This document shows, one piece after another, positions 11,526 through 23,589 of a stretch of DNA of 64,000 nucleotides. Under the pieces are notes generated by a model. That model did no database searches. It saw only the letters and a list, made by a program, of their open reading frames with translations, and was not told where the DNA came from. Each line of letters opens with the position of its first letter. Position 1 is the stretch's first letter. The stretch comes from Octopus bimaculoides. Taxonomy: Eukaryota. The position numbers were made by a program, and so were the translations under genes. The stretch covers positions 49,388,585 to 49,452,584 of the forward strand of contig NC_068989.1 in the NCBI RefSeq assembly GCF_001194135.2. The letters are read 5' to 3'.

Positions 11526-12304
11526 TATACCTACTACACACATGCAAAGATTTGAAGTTAGACTAGTTGAACCCTAAGGCCACTGACCAAGACGTCAAAG
11601 CTCAACTTATACAATTAACATTGTATTTTGTCCTCATTCCTAGAGAACATTCCTTCCAACCATCTGCTAAATTGAAAACAGATAATAAAGGAGTCAGCTT
11701 TTAGAGAAAATGCTTTACTTTTATAAATTAAAATTTTGTCATTCCAGCTTTTGAATACATTCACGCATTTCTGCTCATATGAACCAATGGAATGGTGGAA
11801 ACTAAATGAAAATACACGACTGCTCCATAAAAATCAATGAGAAAATAATTTTTCCTGATGAATCAGGTGAAGCAATTACATAAACATCTCTACAGCTAAG
11901 TGTCAAAGTTTGTTGTGCCCTTTATTCAGAAAACATTTATCAAATACTTTTGATAAACTATTACTGAATGATTTGTATAGAGAAGGAAATTGCATCAACC
12001 ATTCATAAAAATTTCTGAACTGGATGCATTCACACCAGAATTTACAGAGACAGCAAACGTATGCTACCGAGGAATTAATAATGAATATCAAAATAAAAAA
12101 TAAATTCAAATTTTTATTCCAAAAAAATGTTTGAATAGCAAATGTGAATTTCAAGCACTAGACAGAAAATTCATTGTGTTCATATTTGGTTTGGTTACTA
12201 TGAGCTAAAAATAGCCAGTTCTAACAATGATCTTTCTTAAAATGACTTTTGCAATGCTTAAATAATTTAAAGATTTATTTCAGAGCAACACAGTTTAATC
12301 AAGC

Positions 12305-12870
12305 ATCTCAACATCATTATCAACACCATAATCATTTTTTAATGTCCATCTTCCATGCTGGCATGGATTGGGCAGTTTGAGAGTATCTGACAGGACTGAG
12401 GACAGCATCATGCTCCAATGTCTACTCTGGCATGGGTTTTCAAAGCAGGATGCTCTTCCTAATACTAACCATTTACTGAATACATACTGGGTGTTTTTTT
12501 TTTTCTTGCACCAGCACAAGACTAAGAACCCCATTGACTGAGTAGATCTGCAGAGGAGAAAGGTGGATTTATGCTAGGAGATGAGATGAGAAAGACGGGA
12601 CCAGAACAGAAAAGATTTTTTTGATGTAGAGGAGTCACATTGCTATTCACATCACTGAAGAGCAGTTGGGAATAACCAGGGTGAAGCTGGAGGAATGAAA
12701 TAGTGGTGGTGAAATGTCAGGGTGGACCCTGAAGTTACAAGAAGGTAAGTCGGAGTGGTGACAGATAAACAGGGAGTGAATGTGGGTTGAGGATGCAAGA
12801 GTGCATGGGTTAGAGTTTAATGATTAAAGATGGGGTATAGGTAGAAGATGAATATAACAAAGAACAAAAG
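12305..12870 (-). mobile_element. (GAT)n-tailed SINE/RTE-related repeat, long copy
   Basis: aatgtccatcttccatgctggcatggattgg...ggatgctcttcctaata, continuing into a G-rich body. Right boundary approximate. Confidence 0.65.
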
Positions 12871-12972
12871 TTGAAGGGTGAATGAAAAAGACTGTTGCAC
12901 ACAGTCTATTGAGCAGCTTTCTTTAAAGTACTTATTATTGTCCAAGTACTAACCACTAATACATTGTCTTAA

Positions 12973-13192
12973 CCCTTTAGCATTCAGATTACTCTGTTAA
13001 AAGCAATGCTTATTTATTCCCATTGTTTTTAATTTATCATGTACTACCTCATAGCTTCAAGATTTCAACAATGTGATTGTTTCTTTTTAGAATGGCATTG
13101 TAGGGTAGGTGTGAGAGGCTGGATCTAGCAGTTTTGAATATATAACAGCAAGACAATTTGGGCCTGATATGGCTAGTTTAAATGCTAAAGGT
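12973..13192 (+). mobile_element. piggyBac-type MITE family A
   Basis: TTAA|CCCTTTAGCATT ... AATGCTAAAGGT|TCAA. TIR of about 12 bp with a TTAA-type target. Confidence 0.85.
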
Positions 13193-14104
13193 TCAAGTCA
13201 GTTCATATTGAGTGTAAATTGTATATTTACGGGAATAAAGGAAATTGATTTTTGATGCCTATGCACTTTTGTTCACCATACAAATTTTCATTTGTAGTTC
13301 CAGATTTATTTTACTAACATCACTTTTGAGTATTAAATACCTCAATGCTTTAGTATTACAAGTGTTGATAGAATGTTGAGCAAGAGATTAAGAAGTAAAC
13401 ATTTTAATCACACATTCCTACACATCCACACCAGTGCATTTATGGCATTTATACACAACAATGAAATTTTACAGAAAATAACACTAATATTCTGAAAATA
13501 ATTAAGAGCCTTGTTACAGTACTTTTGGATATTTCTGGTACTTATATATACAGAAATAATTTTAATGTATAATTGCTTGCAAAATAAGTATATTTGTATG
13601 TATATATTAAGCTGTGAAGTTAAAGTGGTACAGAGAAAGCAAGCCATAAGTTCAAGACTTAATTTTAGTGTATGTATGAATGAGGTGAGGTGGGGTGGAT
13701 CAAGTCTGCTTGAGAAAAAACAAATTGGACTCTAGCTTCAACTTTCTAGCTGTATACTTAAAAGTGGTGAGAGCACTCAGCTTTGAAAATACATGCTTCA
13801 ACATTTCAAAACCATTAAAGCGTTTGCATGTACTGAAAATTCCCATTATCATTGTTTTATGCTTACATTGGTCAGATAAAAGTACATCAGAGACAGAATT
13901 TTCTGCAGTGGATGCCCTTCCTGCTTCCAGCTCCCACTTGTTTCCAAGTAAGGTAATAATCTTTCAGTCTATCAAACAAGGTGGATATGCTTTCGAGGAA
14001 AACTACAAGCAAACAACATTGTCAGTATAACCAGAGTTTATAACCAGCATGAGAACACATTAAAATGAGGGAACATGAACTCACTCACGCAAACACACAC
14101 AGAC

Positions 14105-14258
14105 ACAAGGCTTTTTTCAGTTTCCATTTGCCAAAATTACTCTCAAGCTTTTGGTTGACATAAGGTTATAGTAGGAGTCACTTGCCCAAAGTGCTACACA
14201 GCGGGACAACTCAACACCATATGACTGAGAAGTAAACTTCTTAACCACACAATCATGT
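14105..14258 (-). mobile_element. tRNA-CORE SINE 5' half
   Basis: cttttttcagtttccatttgccaaa...cacttgcccaaagtgc...cttcttaaccacac. Confidence 0.75.
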
Positions 14259-15109
14259 TAATAAGAAAAATTAAATGCTGCTTGAATATCATATCAAAGA
14301 TGATTAAGTTGAAGGCACCTACAATATATTTAGTGTACTTAATGTACTTAGTAAGAATGAAACCATTTCAAAGCATCAGTGAAGATACAACAGAATGAAT
14401 TCTGAAACAATAGAGATATATTGGATTGTTAAGTACCTCGTTTAGTGATAGTTTCTCTATTCCCACCTATATTTTGCTTTGGGTGTATTTGTATGCACTT
14501 ATATGTATATGTATATATGTGTGTGTGCATACTCAGACGTATATGTGTGAACTGGTGAAATTAATCATGTGTGTACCTGTATGCCTGCATAGAAATATGA
14601 TACCTGAAGATTATCAGAGAAATAAACTGGTAAAATTAGTATGAATACAAGCACAAAATATGAAGTTAATTATCTCATCAATCTTCATTACTGTTGTAAA
14701 TAACTTATTTGAGAATTTGAGAAACATAAGACTATAATGAGAGAATTCTATTTAGAATTTTTCAAAAGGAAAATAAATTTCAAATTTTTCTAAATGATTT
14801 TAAAAAATAGTTAAAAAAAAAGAGATTGAAATCTTAGAAGAAATAAAGACGAGATAAAAGAGCTGGTGTGGAAGATCAAAGGTCAGATTTTATAAAACTG
14901 TTTAAAGTTTCTCAACATTAAAAGTTGTTAAAGTAGGTGATGGCTAATTTATAATAAGGCAAATACTTTTTTTTGTTTTGTTTTTTAATGTCTTGTTTGT
15001 GTGAATTATAAAGAAGAGACCATTAAATAATAAACAGCCAGAAATAAATTATAAACAATGGTTTCTTAATTAAATCTGCAGCATATTTCAGTTTCTAATT
15101 TTAATGGCC

Positions 15110-15490
15110 AGCCTGAAGGAGAGGTTGTGCTCACAGTCTTTGCACAGTCTTTACAAGCCTTCAAGATCAATGAAAATTGTGAGGTTGATGCTGTTCTTGA
15201 AAGAGTTTAAGCTGATAGTTGCAGAGAATACAAGAATAAGGAGGGAATTCCAGATGTTCTAGGAAGGAAGGAAGGATTTTAATTTGTGGGGTTAGGACAG
15301 GACCAACAGATTGGGCACAATATGAATGAGGAGAGGAGGAGGACGGATAAATGAGTTCGTTGGGCTTGAGTAGAGATGGAAGAAAGGAACAAACACCACT
15401 ACAGAAGCAGCAAAAGAGGAAGAGAGAGGAGACAGCATATCTGTGAGCCAGAAGCTGGAACGCTTTTAGAGTTAAGAGGTAAATAAATGG
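15110..15490 (-). pseudogene. CR1-clade LINE 3' relic (RT C-terminus)
   Basis: Minus-strand translation FQLLAHRYAVSSLFLFCCFCSGVCS..., then after a frameshift SFLPS*NIWNSL..VFSATISLNSFKNSIN. This matches the CR1 C-terminal pattern LQPLAHRR.VASLSLFY...WNSLP...SFK. Confidence 0.7.
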
Positions 15491-15621
15491 TTAATTCATG
15501 CATTCCAAGGACATCCGTAAGAGTATTATCAGAAATTGAGTGTTGCAAAAAAAAAAAAAAAAACTGAAAACATATTACCAATATTAAGTGTCTACCTTTG
15601 TAGATACTTCATACTGACATA

Positions 15622-15745
15622 CTCTAGTGGTTAGGGTGTTGTGCTCACAACAATATGGTCACAAGTTCAATTCCTGAATTGGGCAGCATATTGTATCCTT
15701 GAACAAAGCACTTTCCTTCACATGGCTCTAGTCTATTCACTTGAA
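15622..15745 (+). mobile_element. Degenerate tRNA-CORE SINE (different head)
   Basis: A-box-like tagtggttagggtg, B-box-like agttcaattcc and CORE-like ccttgaacaaagcacttt. Confidence 0.55.
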
Positions 15746-16239
15746 AAGTACAAACTAACTACTAGTACAACACTCTTCCTTCCTACAGCTTACACATCCT
15801 TGATGTTCTGCTAAGTCCAGAGTGGGAGGGCCAAGGAGGTTTCTATGTCTTCTGGCAACTACATAATTACCTAACACAATTAGCAAAAGCATAGAACATG
15901 CTATCAGGTCACACTCACTAATTAGTGACAACTATGGTTTACGTTTTCTACCTACACAGTTATACATAATAAATTTATCATATTGCACAGACATTTCTAG
16001 AAAAAATTGCTTCAGCAATAGGCTAAAGTCAAAACTTGAAATAGTAAATTATTAACCTTAACAGCAGAGAATTATGAGAATTTCACAAGTTAAATAAATA
16101 TATTAGATTAACCATGTCTATCAACAAATTTAATATGCTGAACAGCTATCCAAGTCAGATACTAGGACAGTTAATTATCTAATATATTACAATTCTAATG
16201 TCACTAAGATTTTTAAATCTGTTTTACGATGCTGACATG

Positions 16240-16800
16240 AGTTATGCAGGTCTGTAACAATTCTCTGTCTTCTTCTTTAATCATTTCTGCTAATGTCAGT
16301 CACACCAGTTCAAGTTTTATTTCCATATCCTTAAACTCTGCTAGGGTTAGTATTGGCTATCATTATTCTCACTATATATTGCCTAGCCATTCTCAAGTAT
16401 CATCATTTTTATGTCCCCTTTTCCTTAGGCCTTATATAAGTTACAGAGACACATTGTCAATCCTCTATAGTTGTGTTTTGTTGATAAATCTTACCGAGTT
16501 TTTTTTAACTACCAACAACCTAATTGATTTTCTTCTTTCATCAGCAACAAATACTAGCACATAACACATTTTAAGCTGTCTACGAAGGATTGATTAAAGT
16601 CACTGGCATTACACCTCCACCTAAAAACAACCTGTTTTTATCACAAGCACCATCTAATTCTTTTGATAGCAAGCATGGTGTCTTTCTTCACCTATCTTTT
16701 ATGCTTACACATCTGGAAGATCATATTTGATTTCTTCTCTAACCATGAAGTGTTTTGCCTGCAGATATATCATTGCTATACATCTTAATTGCTATCCATG
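16240..16800 (-). pseudogene. Very degraded RTE-clade LINE 3' relic
   Basis: Minus-strand translation GLRKRGH...EWLGNI...LTLAEMIKEEDRELLQTCI resembles the RTE C-terminal G.RKRGRP..RWLDNI...AEDRE motif. Many stops. Confidence 0.4.
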
Positions 16801-17480
16801 TGTCACAAAGCATACACTCAAAGAGAGAAACTGTAAGATTTTCTGTTAAATCTGAGTAAATTTAAATTCCAAAAGAGTACCAAAACACAATTATACTCAT
16901 AATTTGTAATGTATATTACTTCAATAGAAATTATTGTCACTGTTATGTATATTCCTTATCCATCCACTATTACAATGGATTTCAAAATGAAAACAGGTAA
17001 CTACCTTCAGCCATGAATCTATAGTGTTGAACTACAAAAGGAGATTAAATAATCTTGGAAGCAACATCAAATTCTAAAGCAAATGCATATTAAACCAGCA
17101 GTGCAGTAACTGACACATTATCTTGTCAAATTTTCTTCTTTTCATATCTTCCTAGAATTTATCTATTGTATTCATTTGATATGCTTCCTATCAAAGTTAC
17201 TCAATACTGAAAACAGAATAATATTTGGCTTAGCTTGCTTCTATAGGTCTTTTCCTTTATTTTCTACTCATTGTCCAATATAAATTATTAAATAGTTCTT
17301 TGCAAGCACCTAATAAATTGTATAAATAATAGAAAATAGAAACACATTATAATTCCAAGTTTGTGAAAGAGTAAATATACTGTACTAAATGAACATAGGC
17401 TCTAAAATCATTTTAACTATCATCATTGTTTCTTCTGATATCCTCAACAACAGCATTAAGTGGATACATATTTAGCCTAA

Positions 17481-17698
17481 TACTTTTGTTGTAGTTCTGT
17501 TGAAATATACTGTCTTTATTTCAATTAATTTGCAAAATAATGAAGAATGTATTAAAATAACTACCATTATTTAGTTGATGCTTGGAATATAAATTAACAT
17601 TAAATATTTTCTAGAAGGTTCTAATTAAGATGACTTTAAAACAAAGAATTTTTATCATAAAACCAAGGACAGTTTCAGACAGGTTGGTATCAAAAAGA
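17481..17698 (-). mobile_element. piggyBac-type MITE family B (degenerate)
   Basis: Reverse-complement homolog of 9044-9250 and 18147-18366 (cagacaggttggtatcaaaaag end). Confidence 0.55.
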
Positions 17699-18146
17699 AA
17701 TGTGTGTCAATTTAAGAAGCTGATGATACAAACCACTAAAGTTTAGATGTCAGAGGTGTTGAAGGTCAAATTTGTCCCCACTGAACTTTGAACTCTTTGT
17801 TATGACAGATGACAATATGCTCAGGATAGTGATAGAGTTAAAATTATAAATAAATCAGATTTGAAAAAAAAAAATCATTTAAAAGATTACCTTCAGCATA
17901 TTCCATGGGAAATAAAACATTTTTCTTCCCTTTTACTACCACCAGTGCTGCAGATTTTTCCCAATTACCATAGAACTATATGGGTGTGACACAGGTCTTC
18001 TTTACATAGGGCAGTACTGGGCATCAAATAGGGGAAAGAAAACCCTTTTTCTTTCATTTTTTTCTTTACTTTTAAATTTTCTTATAATTAAATAACTAAT
18101 TTCATGAACTAAAAAAGAAAAATTATGAAATGCTTTAATGGTTTAA

Positions 18147-18366
18147 CCCTTTCGTTACATGCCCGGCTGAAACTGGCTCTGGCACTGAGTACAAATGTCT
18201 TGTTTTCATAAGTTTTGAATTAAAATCTTCCACCAAACCTTTGTCACAATTTATGTTCCTAACACTAGATGAATGACAACTAAGTTATTTTACTAAATAC
18301 TTTGTTATATTTAAAGTAATTGAAAGAAACACAGAGTATCTCAAAATAAATACAGTAACAAAAGGG
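18147..18366 (+). mobile_element. piggyBac-type MITE family B
   Basis: TTAA|CCCTTTCGTTAC ... GTAACAAAAGGG|TTGA. Confidence 0.85.
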
Positions 18367-18859
18367 TTGAAAGGTATAGACTTCTTCCTAGAGGAAAAGA
18401 AATTTTTTTTTTTTTTAATTTCATCAACATAATCATAATTCATGCCGTCGAAAACAGATCTCCAAAAAATGCCATTAAAAGAAAATGCATTATTAGAAAG
18501 TTACAAGGATGTGAATTTAAGGGTGGAGAGTCATTTTCTTGCTGACAAGTTTCAAAAGTCTGGAGTACTCTTGAAATCGGGTGAAATGAAAACTCGCTTA
18601 TTTGAAATGAAAGTAAGAATTAGTGGCAAGAAGAGCATCCATCTGTAAAACAAAATTTCAACAATATTTATTCTTTTAATCTATGCTAGCATTGAAAACA
18701 GACATAAAAATGAACAAACAAATGAAGTCTCCCATGGACAGGCCATCATGGTCTGAAAGTGTTTCAACACTATCAAGCTGTGTGATATTCATAGAAATAC
18801 TGAGTGCATACAAAGATTTGAGCACTGGCCATCTATGTCAGACTAAATAACATTTTTAA

Positions 18860-19077
18860 CCCTTTAACTTTCATATTACGCTGTCAAATATAATGCTTAT
18901 TTATTCATATTGTTTTGAATTAATCATGTTATCTCATAGCTTTGAGAGCTCAATTATGTAATTGCTTATTTTTAGAAACATATTGTAAGGTAGGTGTGAG
19001 TGGCTAGATCTGGCTGGTTTGAACATAAAATGGGTACAATATCTGAACCAGATATGGCTGGTTTAAATGCTAAACAG
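18860..19077 (+). mobile_element. piggyBac-type MITE family A
   Basis: TTAA|CCCTTTAAC ... AATGCTAAACAG|TTAA. Body homologous to 12973-13192. Confidence 0.8.
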
Positions 19078-20760
19078 TTAAAAGTGTCTAGGCCACAGAT
19101 ACATCATGGTATCAGTAACAAGAAATGTAGCAGCAACATGTAATGCTGATTACACCATTAATTCACCCAACCATTTTCTTGCTCCTCAGAGAGTACTTAT
19201 AAACAGTCAAGCCAATAAGAGAGCCTGTAGTCATTCAATTCAGCCTGCTTAGAATAACATCCAAATCATTTTTAAATAACACTCTGCCAACTTAAAAAAA
19301 AAAAAAAATACAGCAATGGTTTCGATCATAAGCTTGCTAAATCCAGACTGACTCGGGGCTTAACAATAACAACAACCAATAAAATAGCAGTAAAGCCATA
19401 GTAGTAAAGCTAATACTTTTTACATATGGATATATAAAGCTATGGCATTTTACTTGTGGAGAAGTAGAGAGGCAGTATTATATCTGCCAGTAAAGAAAGT
19501 GGAAATGTATATTCAACTTTGGGAAAGTCAGTGAGACATTTCTCAAAAAATAGGAAAAGAAAGAGTAAAATTTCATGTGCTAATTAATGGGGAAACAAAT
19601 ACCACAAAAGAAAACGAAGTAACAATATGTTGCAGGCTGGTCACCAAAATAAAGCTATCTGAAATGACAAAATCAGACTAATTCTATAAGGAAATACATT
19701 TAACTCTTAACTGAATTGACCAGAATACATATCAAAGGCCAAGACTCAGACATTGAGATTTTGAACACTGAGCAAATGGCCAACAATAACTTTATACATT
19801 TATGCAGCAGGGCAATGTCTCATATATGTTACAAACATTTTTAATTTTCTGAAAGAGCAGTGAAGAAGTTATGTATAATCACAATAGCAGTGCTAATAAT
19901 GTTAGCTGTAAGCAATTGTAATGAGTATGAAATCAATATCACCATCATTGCACCATTCATGTATTGATATTTTCTCACAATATGATCACAACACAACCAC
20001 ATTTCAATATGTAGTAAAACCCAGCACTGTCTATATTTCATTATCACTGGAATCACCATTCAAATAACGATAACTCTATGAGAAAATATTTTCAGATATA
20101 GAAAAGCAGCATATGATCAAACACACACATACACACACAAAACACACAAACTGATACAAAAATTGGAGTTAACTGAAGAAAAAGGGTTATATTATATATA
20201 CAGAACATCACTACTTTTTAATATCACTTCATTTTTATGTTCCGCTTTCATCCATTTTTCATTTATATCATCTTTAAATGTCAAAGCAAAATTAATCTGG
20301 AATTCTGTGATAACATCTAATATCTTGACAGATGTTGACAGAGCATGCTAACCAAATTAATAAGAATGCAAAACAGAACAAAGAGAAACACACTGCAAAA
20401 ATGATGTGTCCATGTGAAAGAAAAGAGAGAGAATGTGTGATAAACATGCAGATAAAAAGGCTAGCAGGCAAGTAAAAGCAGACAAACAAATACACACACA
20501 GACACACATTAGGACATAGAAAGTGATGTAGGTAATTCACACAATTGAGTGGAAGATGATACAATATAAATAACGTTAGCTAGCATAGATAATTCATTAC
20601 ACTGGTTAACCCAGCATAATTTTATAGAATGTGGACATGAGTTTTAAACTGAATTTATTTAAAAATAACATCAGACATATTGAAACTGCAAATATAAAAG
20701 AAAGAAAGAAAGATAGATACATACATACATACATACATACCTACATACATACATACATGA

Positions 20761-21250
20761 TAGCTGCCCCTTCGTTATCAAGTATGGCCATTGCATGAGG
20801 CTTAACTATTATCGGTGCTGTGATCGAATGTGACTTTTTATCCCAGCTAAAGATCTACAATGTCTTGTACAGAATTGGCATCTAAAACCTTTACCGGCAA
20901 TAGTTGGCTGTAGTCGTAACTGGGCTTCATATGCCTTTCCATGTCATTTAAGTCCTCCTGCCGAATTACACTCATTTCTACATATCTGACAGATATACAT
21001 TAGTATGGGGTGTAGCACCACCACCAGTGGCCTGGTTGTCAGTCATTTGCCTTGCTTTATGACTACGAAGATTACTCTTGAGTCCAGCTTTACTGAGGCA
21101 GGGTCTTGCACAGACACTGCAGGTCAGCGTCATAGGAAGACCCTTACCATCTGGAAGTGCAACAGTGATGCCCTTCCTGACATCCCTCCTTACTTTCTCA
21201 TGTGCAACTCGAGATTTCTCAAAAGTAGCTGTCCCTTCATGCACAACATA
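20761..21250 (-). mobile_element. RTE-clade LINE 3' end (5'-truncated)
   Basis: ORF 20978-21253: VHEGTATFEKSR...VRK...TCSVCARPCLSKAGLKSNLRSH, the RTE C-terminal CxxC...H motif. Then a 3' UTR running into a (GTAT)n tract. Confidence 0.85.
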
Positions 21251-21434
21251 CATACCTGCCTACATACATACATATGCACATACATACATGCATACATAGA
21301 GAAAGGAAGCGATTAAAAAGAGAGAACGAATGTGTGCTTGTATGCATTAGTTGAATAAATAGATATGAATGTATACATATACCACTGCTTATCCATATGT
21401 ATATACGTTATTGTATATAAGATATACAACTGTG

Positions 21435-21584
21435 TAGGTGCCAGTATGGTTGTGTGGTCAGGAACTTTGATTTGCACCCAGATGGTTTGAGGTCCACTTC
21501 CACTGCAAGGCACTTTGGACAAGTGTCTTCTACTATAGCCCCAGGTTGACTCATGCCTTATGAGTAAATGTGATGGGAGACAGT

Positions 21585-21639
<55 letters not shown>

Positions 21640-21830
21640 TCTCTCTCTCTCTCTTTCATGCTTGACAGGTGGTGTAACTTTGCCTACAGCCTTCTAAATC
21701 AACAGTGTGGTAAAGAAGAGAGGGATAGAATAAATACCAGAAGTGAGTACTAGAAATGATTTAACTGACTGGAAAACACTTCAAGGCAATACTCCAGCAT
21801 AGCTGCAGTCAAATGACTGAAAGAAGTAAC
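21435..21830 (+). mobile_element. Full-length degenerate tRNA-CORE SINE
   Basis: Head, cactttggacaagtgtcttctactatagcc, (GT)n and tail ctccagcatagctgcagtcaaatgactgaaa. Confidence 0.8.
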
Positions 21831-21976
21831 ACAATTAATGATTACATACAATCTACATGGTCCTAATCAGTGTTTGTGCACATGTATAACTGAATAAACT
21901 ACATGTGTGTGTAACACATACGCTCATAAACACACATACACACAAAACAGATAATCCCATTTATCAGAAATTCATG

Positions 21977-22146
21977 TAGGCTGGGCATGGTGACTATGTG
22001 GTTAAGAAGTTTGCTTTCCAACTACATAGTTTTGAGTTAAGCTCCTTGGATATGCATCTTTTACGATAGCTCCAGGCCAACCAATGCCATGTGAGTGAAT
22101 TTGGGAAACAGAAATTGTGCAGAGACCTGTGGGTGTGTGTGTGTGT

Positions 22147-22189
<43 letters not shown>

Positions 22190-22612
22190 ACCCTTTACAA
22201 TTCAGATTAATCGATCAAATGTTATGCTTCTTTCATTCATATTGTTTTTAATTAATTATGCATTATCTCATAGCTTCAAGATTTCAATGTTGTGGTTGTT
22301 TATTTTTAGAATGGTGTTGTAGGGTAAGGTTGGGAGGTTGGATCTGTCCGGTATAATCATAAAACAGGGCTGAATATTTGGGCCAGATATGGCCAGTTTA
22401 AATGCCAGAGTTAATGTTTGTTTAACGCTACTTGACAACCTGTGATGGTTTGTTTACATTCTTATAACTTAGCAGTTTTGGTAAGAAGAGCCTAACAGAA
22501 TAAGTACTGGACTTAAAAATAAGTACTCGGTCCCAATTAGATCAACTGACCACTTAAGTTAAAATTCCAGCATGGCTACAGACCAATGATTGAAACAACT
22601 AAGAGAATATAT
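21977..22612 (+). mobile_element. tRNA-CORE SINE split by a family A MITE
   Basis: 5' half at 21977-22135, then (GT)n, then the MITE at 22191-22410, then the 3' half at 22415-22612 (cttgacaacc...gaataagtac...ccagcatggctacagaccaatgattgaaac). Confidence 0.75.
22191..22410 (+). mobile_element. piggyBac-type MITE family A nested in a SINE
   Basis: CCCTTTACAATTCAG ... AATGCCAGAG|TTAA. Confidence 0.8.
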
Positions 22613-22679
22613 AGACGACATTAGCTTAATCAGCGTGGCTGGCTGCATGTACTAAATAAAATGTGTATGAGTGTGAGTA

Positions 22680-23589
22680 CGAGGGGATACCCAAAAGAAA
22701 GCGGAATTTTGCAATATTATTTTTATTCACTTAGTTGTACATGTTTACACTTTTATTGTCTTCAAAGTATTCTCCATTTTAAGCAATGCATTGGTCCAGA
22801 CGCGTTTTCCACTGTTTGAAGCAATGGTCTAACTCTTGCGAAATGATGCCTTTTAATCCCTCCATTGTTTTTTTTCTTCACCTCTTCTATATCTGCAAAT
22901 TCCATAGAACCTGCTTTCATTACCTGTGATGACCTTTGAAAAACGGTCCAGATCAACTTCCAACTGTTCTTTCAGTTTATGACACACATTCAGTTGTGAT
23001 GCTTTTGATCTTCCGTGAGCAAGCGAGGCACAAACTTTGATGCAACTCTTTCCATTCGCAATTCCTCACTCAAAATTCATTGGCAGGAGTTTCTGGACAC
23101 ACCAGTCATATCAACAAGTTCATCAATTGTTTGATGACAGTCCTCTGAGAGCAGTTCATGAATTTTCATGATGTTTTCATTCATTCAGGAGATCGATGGT
23201 CACCCTGAATGAGGTTGGTCCTCAAGTGTCAGGTGACTATTCCTAAAGCATGAAAACCACTGATAAACTTGTGCTTTGCTCATGGCAGCATCCTTAAAAG
23301 CCGTTTGAAGCATGACAATTGTTTCAGCCACCATTTTCCCCAACAGAAAACAGAATTTCATGGAAGCACACTGTTCCTTAGTTTCAGCCATCACAAAAAT
23401 TGACAAACACAGGAGAAGCACTGCAAAACAAAGATGTACCACATGGTGATACAGCTCCACACAATGCCACCAGTTGGCAGACTGATATCTGGAGGTTGCA
23501 TCAAGTGGGTTCCGGTGGCTGAAGCTGAACTACAACAGGTTTGTCCCACAAAGAACGTTTCCAATTACTTTTGGTTGGCTACCTTCTCA
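22680..23589 (-). mobile_element. Internally deleted mariner (Tc1/mariner) transposon
   Basis: TA|CGAGGGG..CCAAAAG left TIR and degenerate right TIR ending ccttctca|TA, with a transposase relic inside. Confidence 0.9.
22731..23391 (-). pseudogene. Mariner transposase relic
   Basis: MAETKEQCASMKFCFLLGK..ETIVML..AFKDAAMSKAQVYQWF..LEDQPHSG, RVASKFVPRLLTEDQK and VITGNESRFYG, joined directly to FADIEEVKKK...QWKTRLDQCIA..GEYFED. Stops and frameshifts present. Confidence 0.9.

Noticed and set aside
11775-11835. EPMEWWKLNEN resembles the hAT dimerisation motif
   Set aside because: The following LA..YL.IPASS.ERxFS motif is missing.
13867-14002. Minus-strand exon-like segment with good AG/GT signals (FLESISTLFDRLKDYYLTWKQ)
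   Set aside because: All three frames hit a stop before the donor, and the 3' part matches the ggaagggcatcc repeat family.
18442-18648. 68-aa plus ORF with an internal GTAAGA donor
   Set aside because: No recognisable domain and no convincing acceptor; length within chance expectation.
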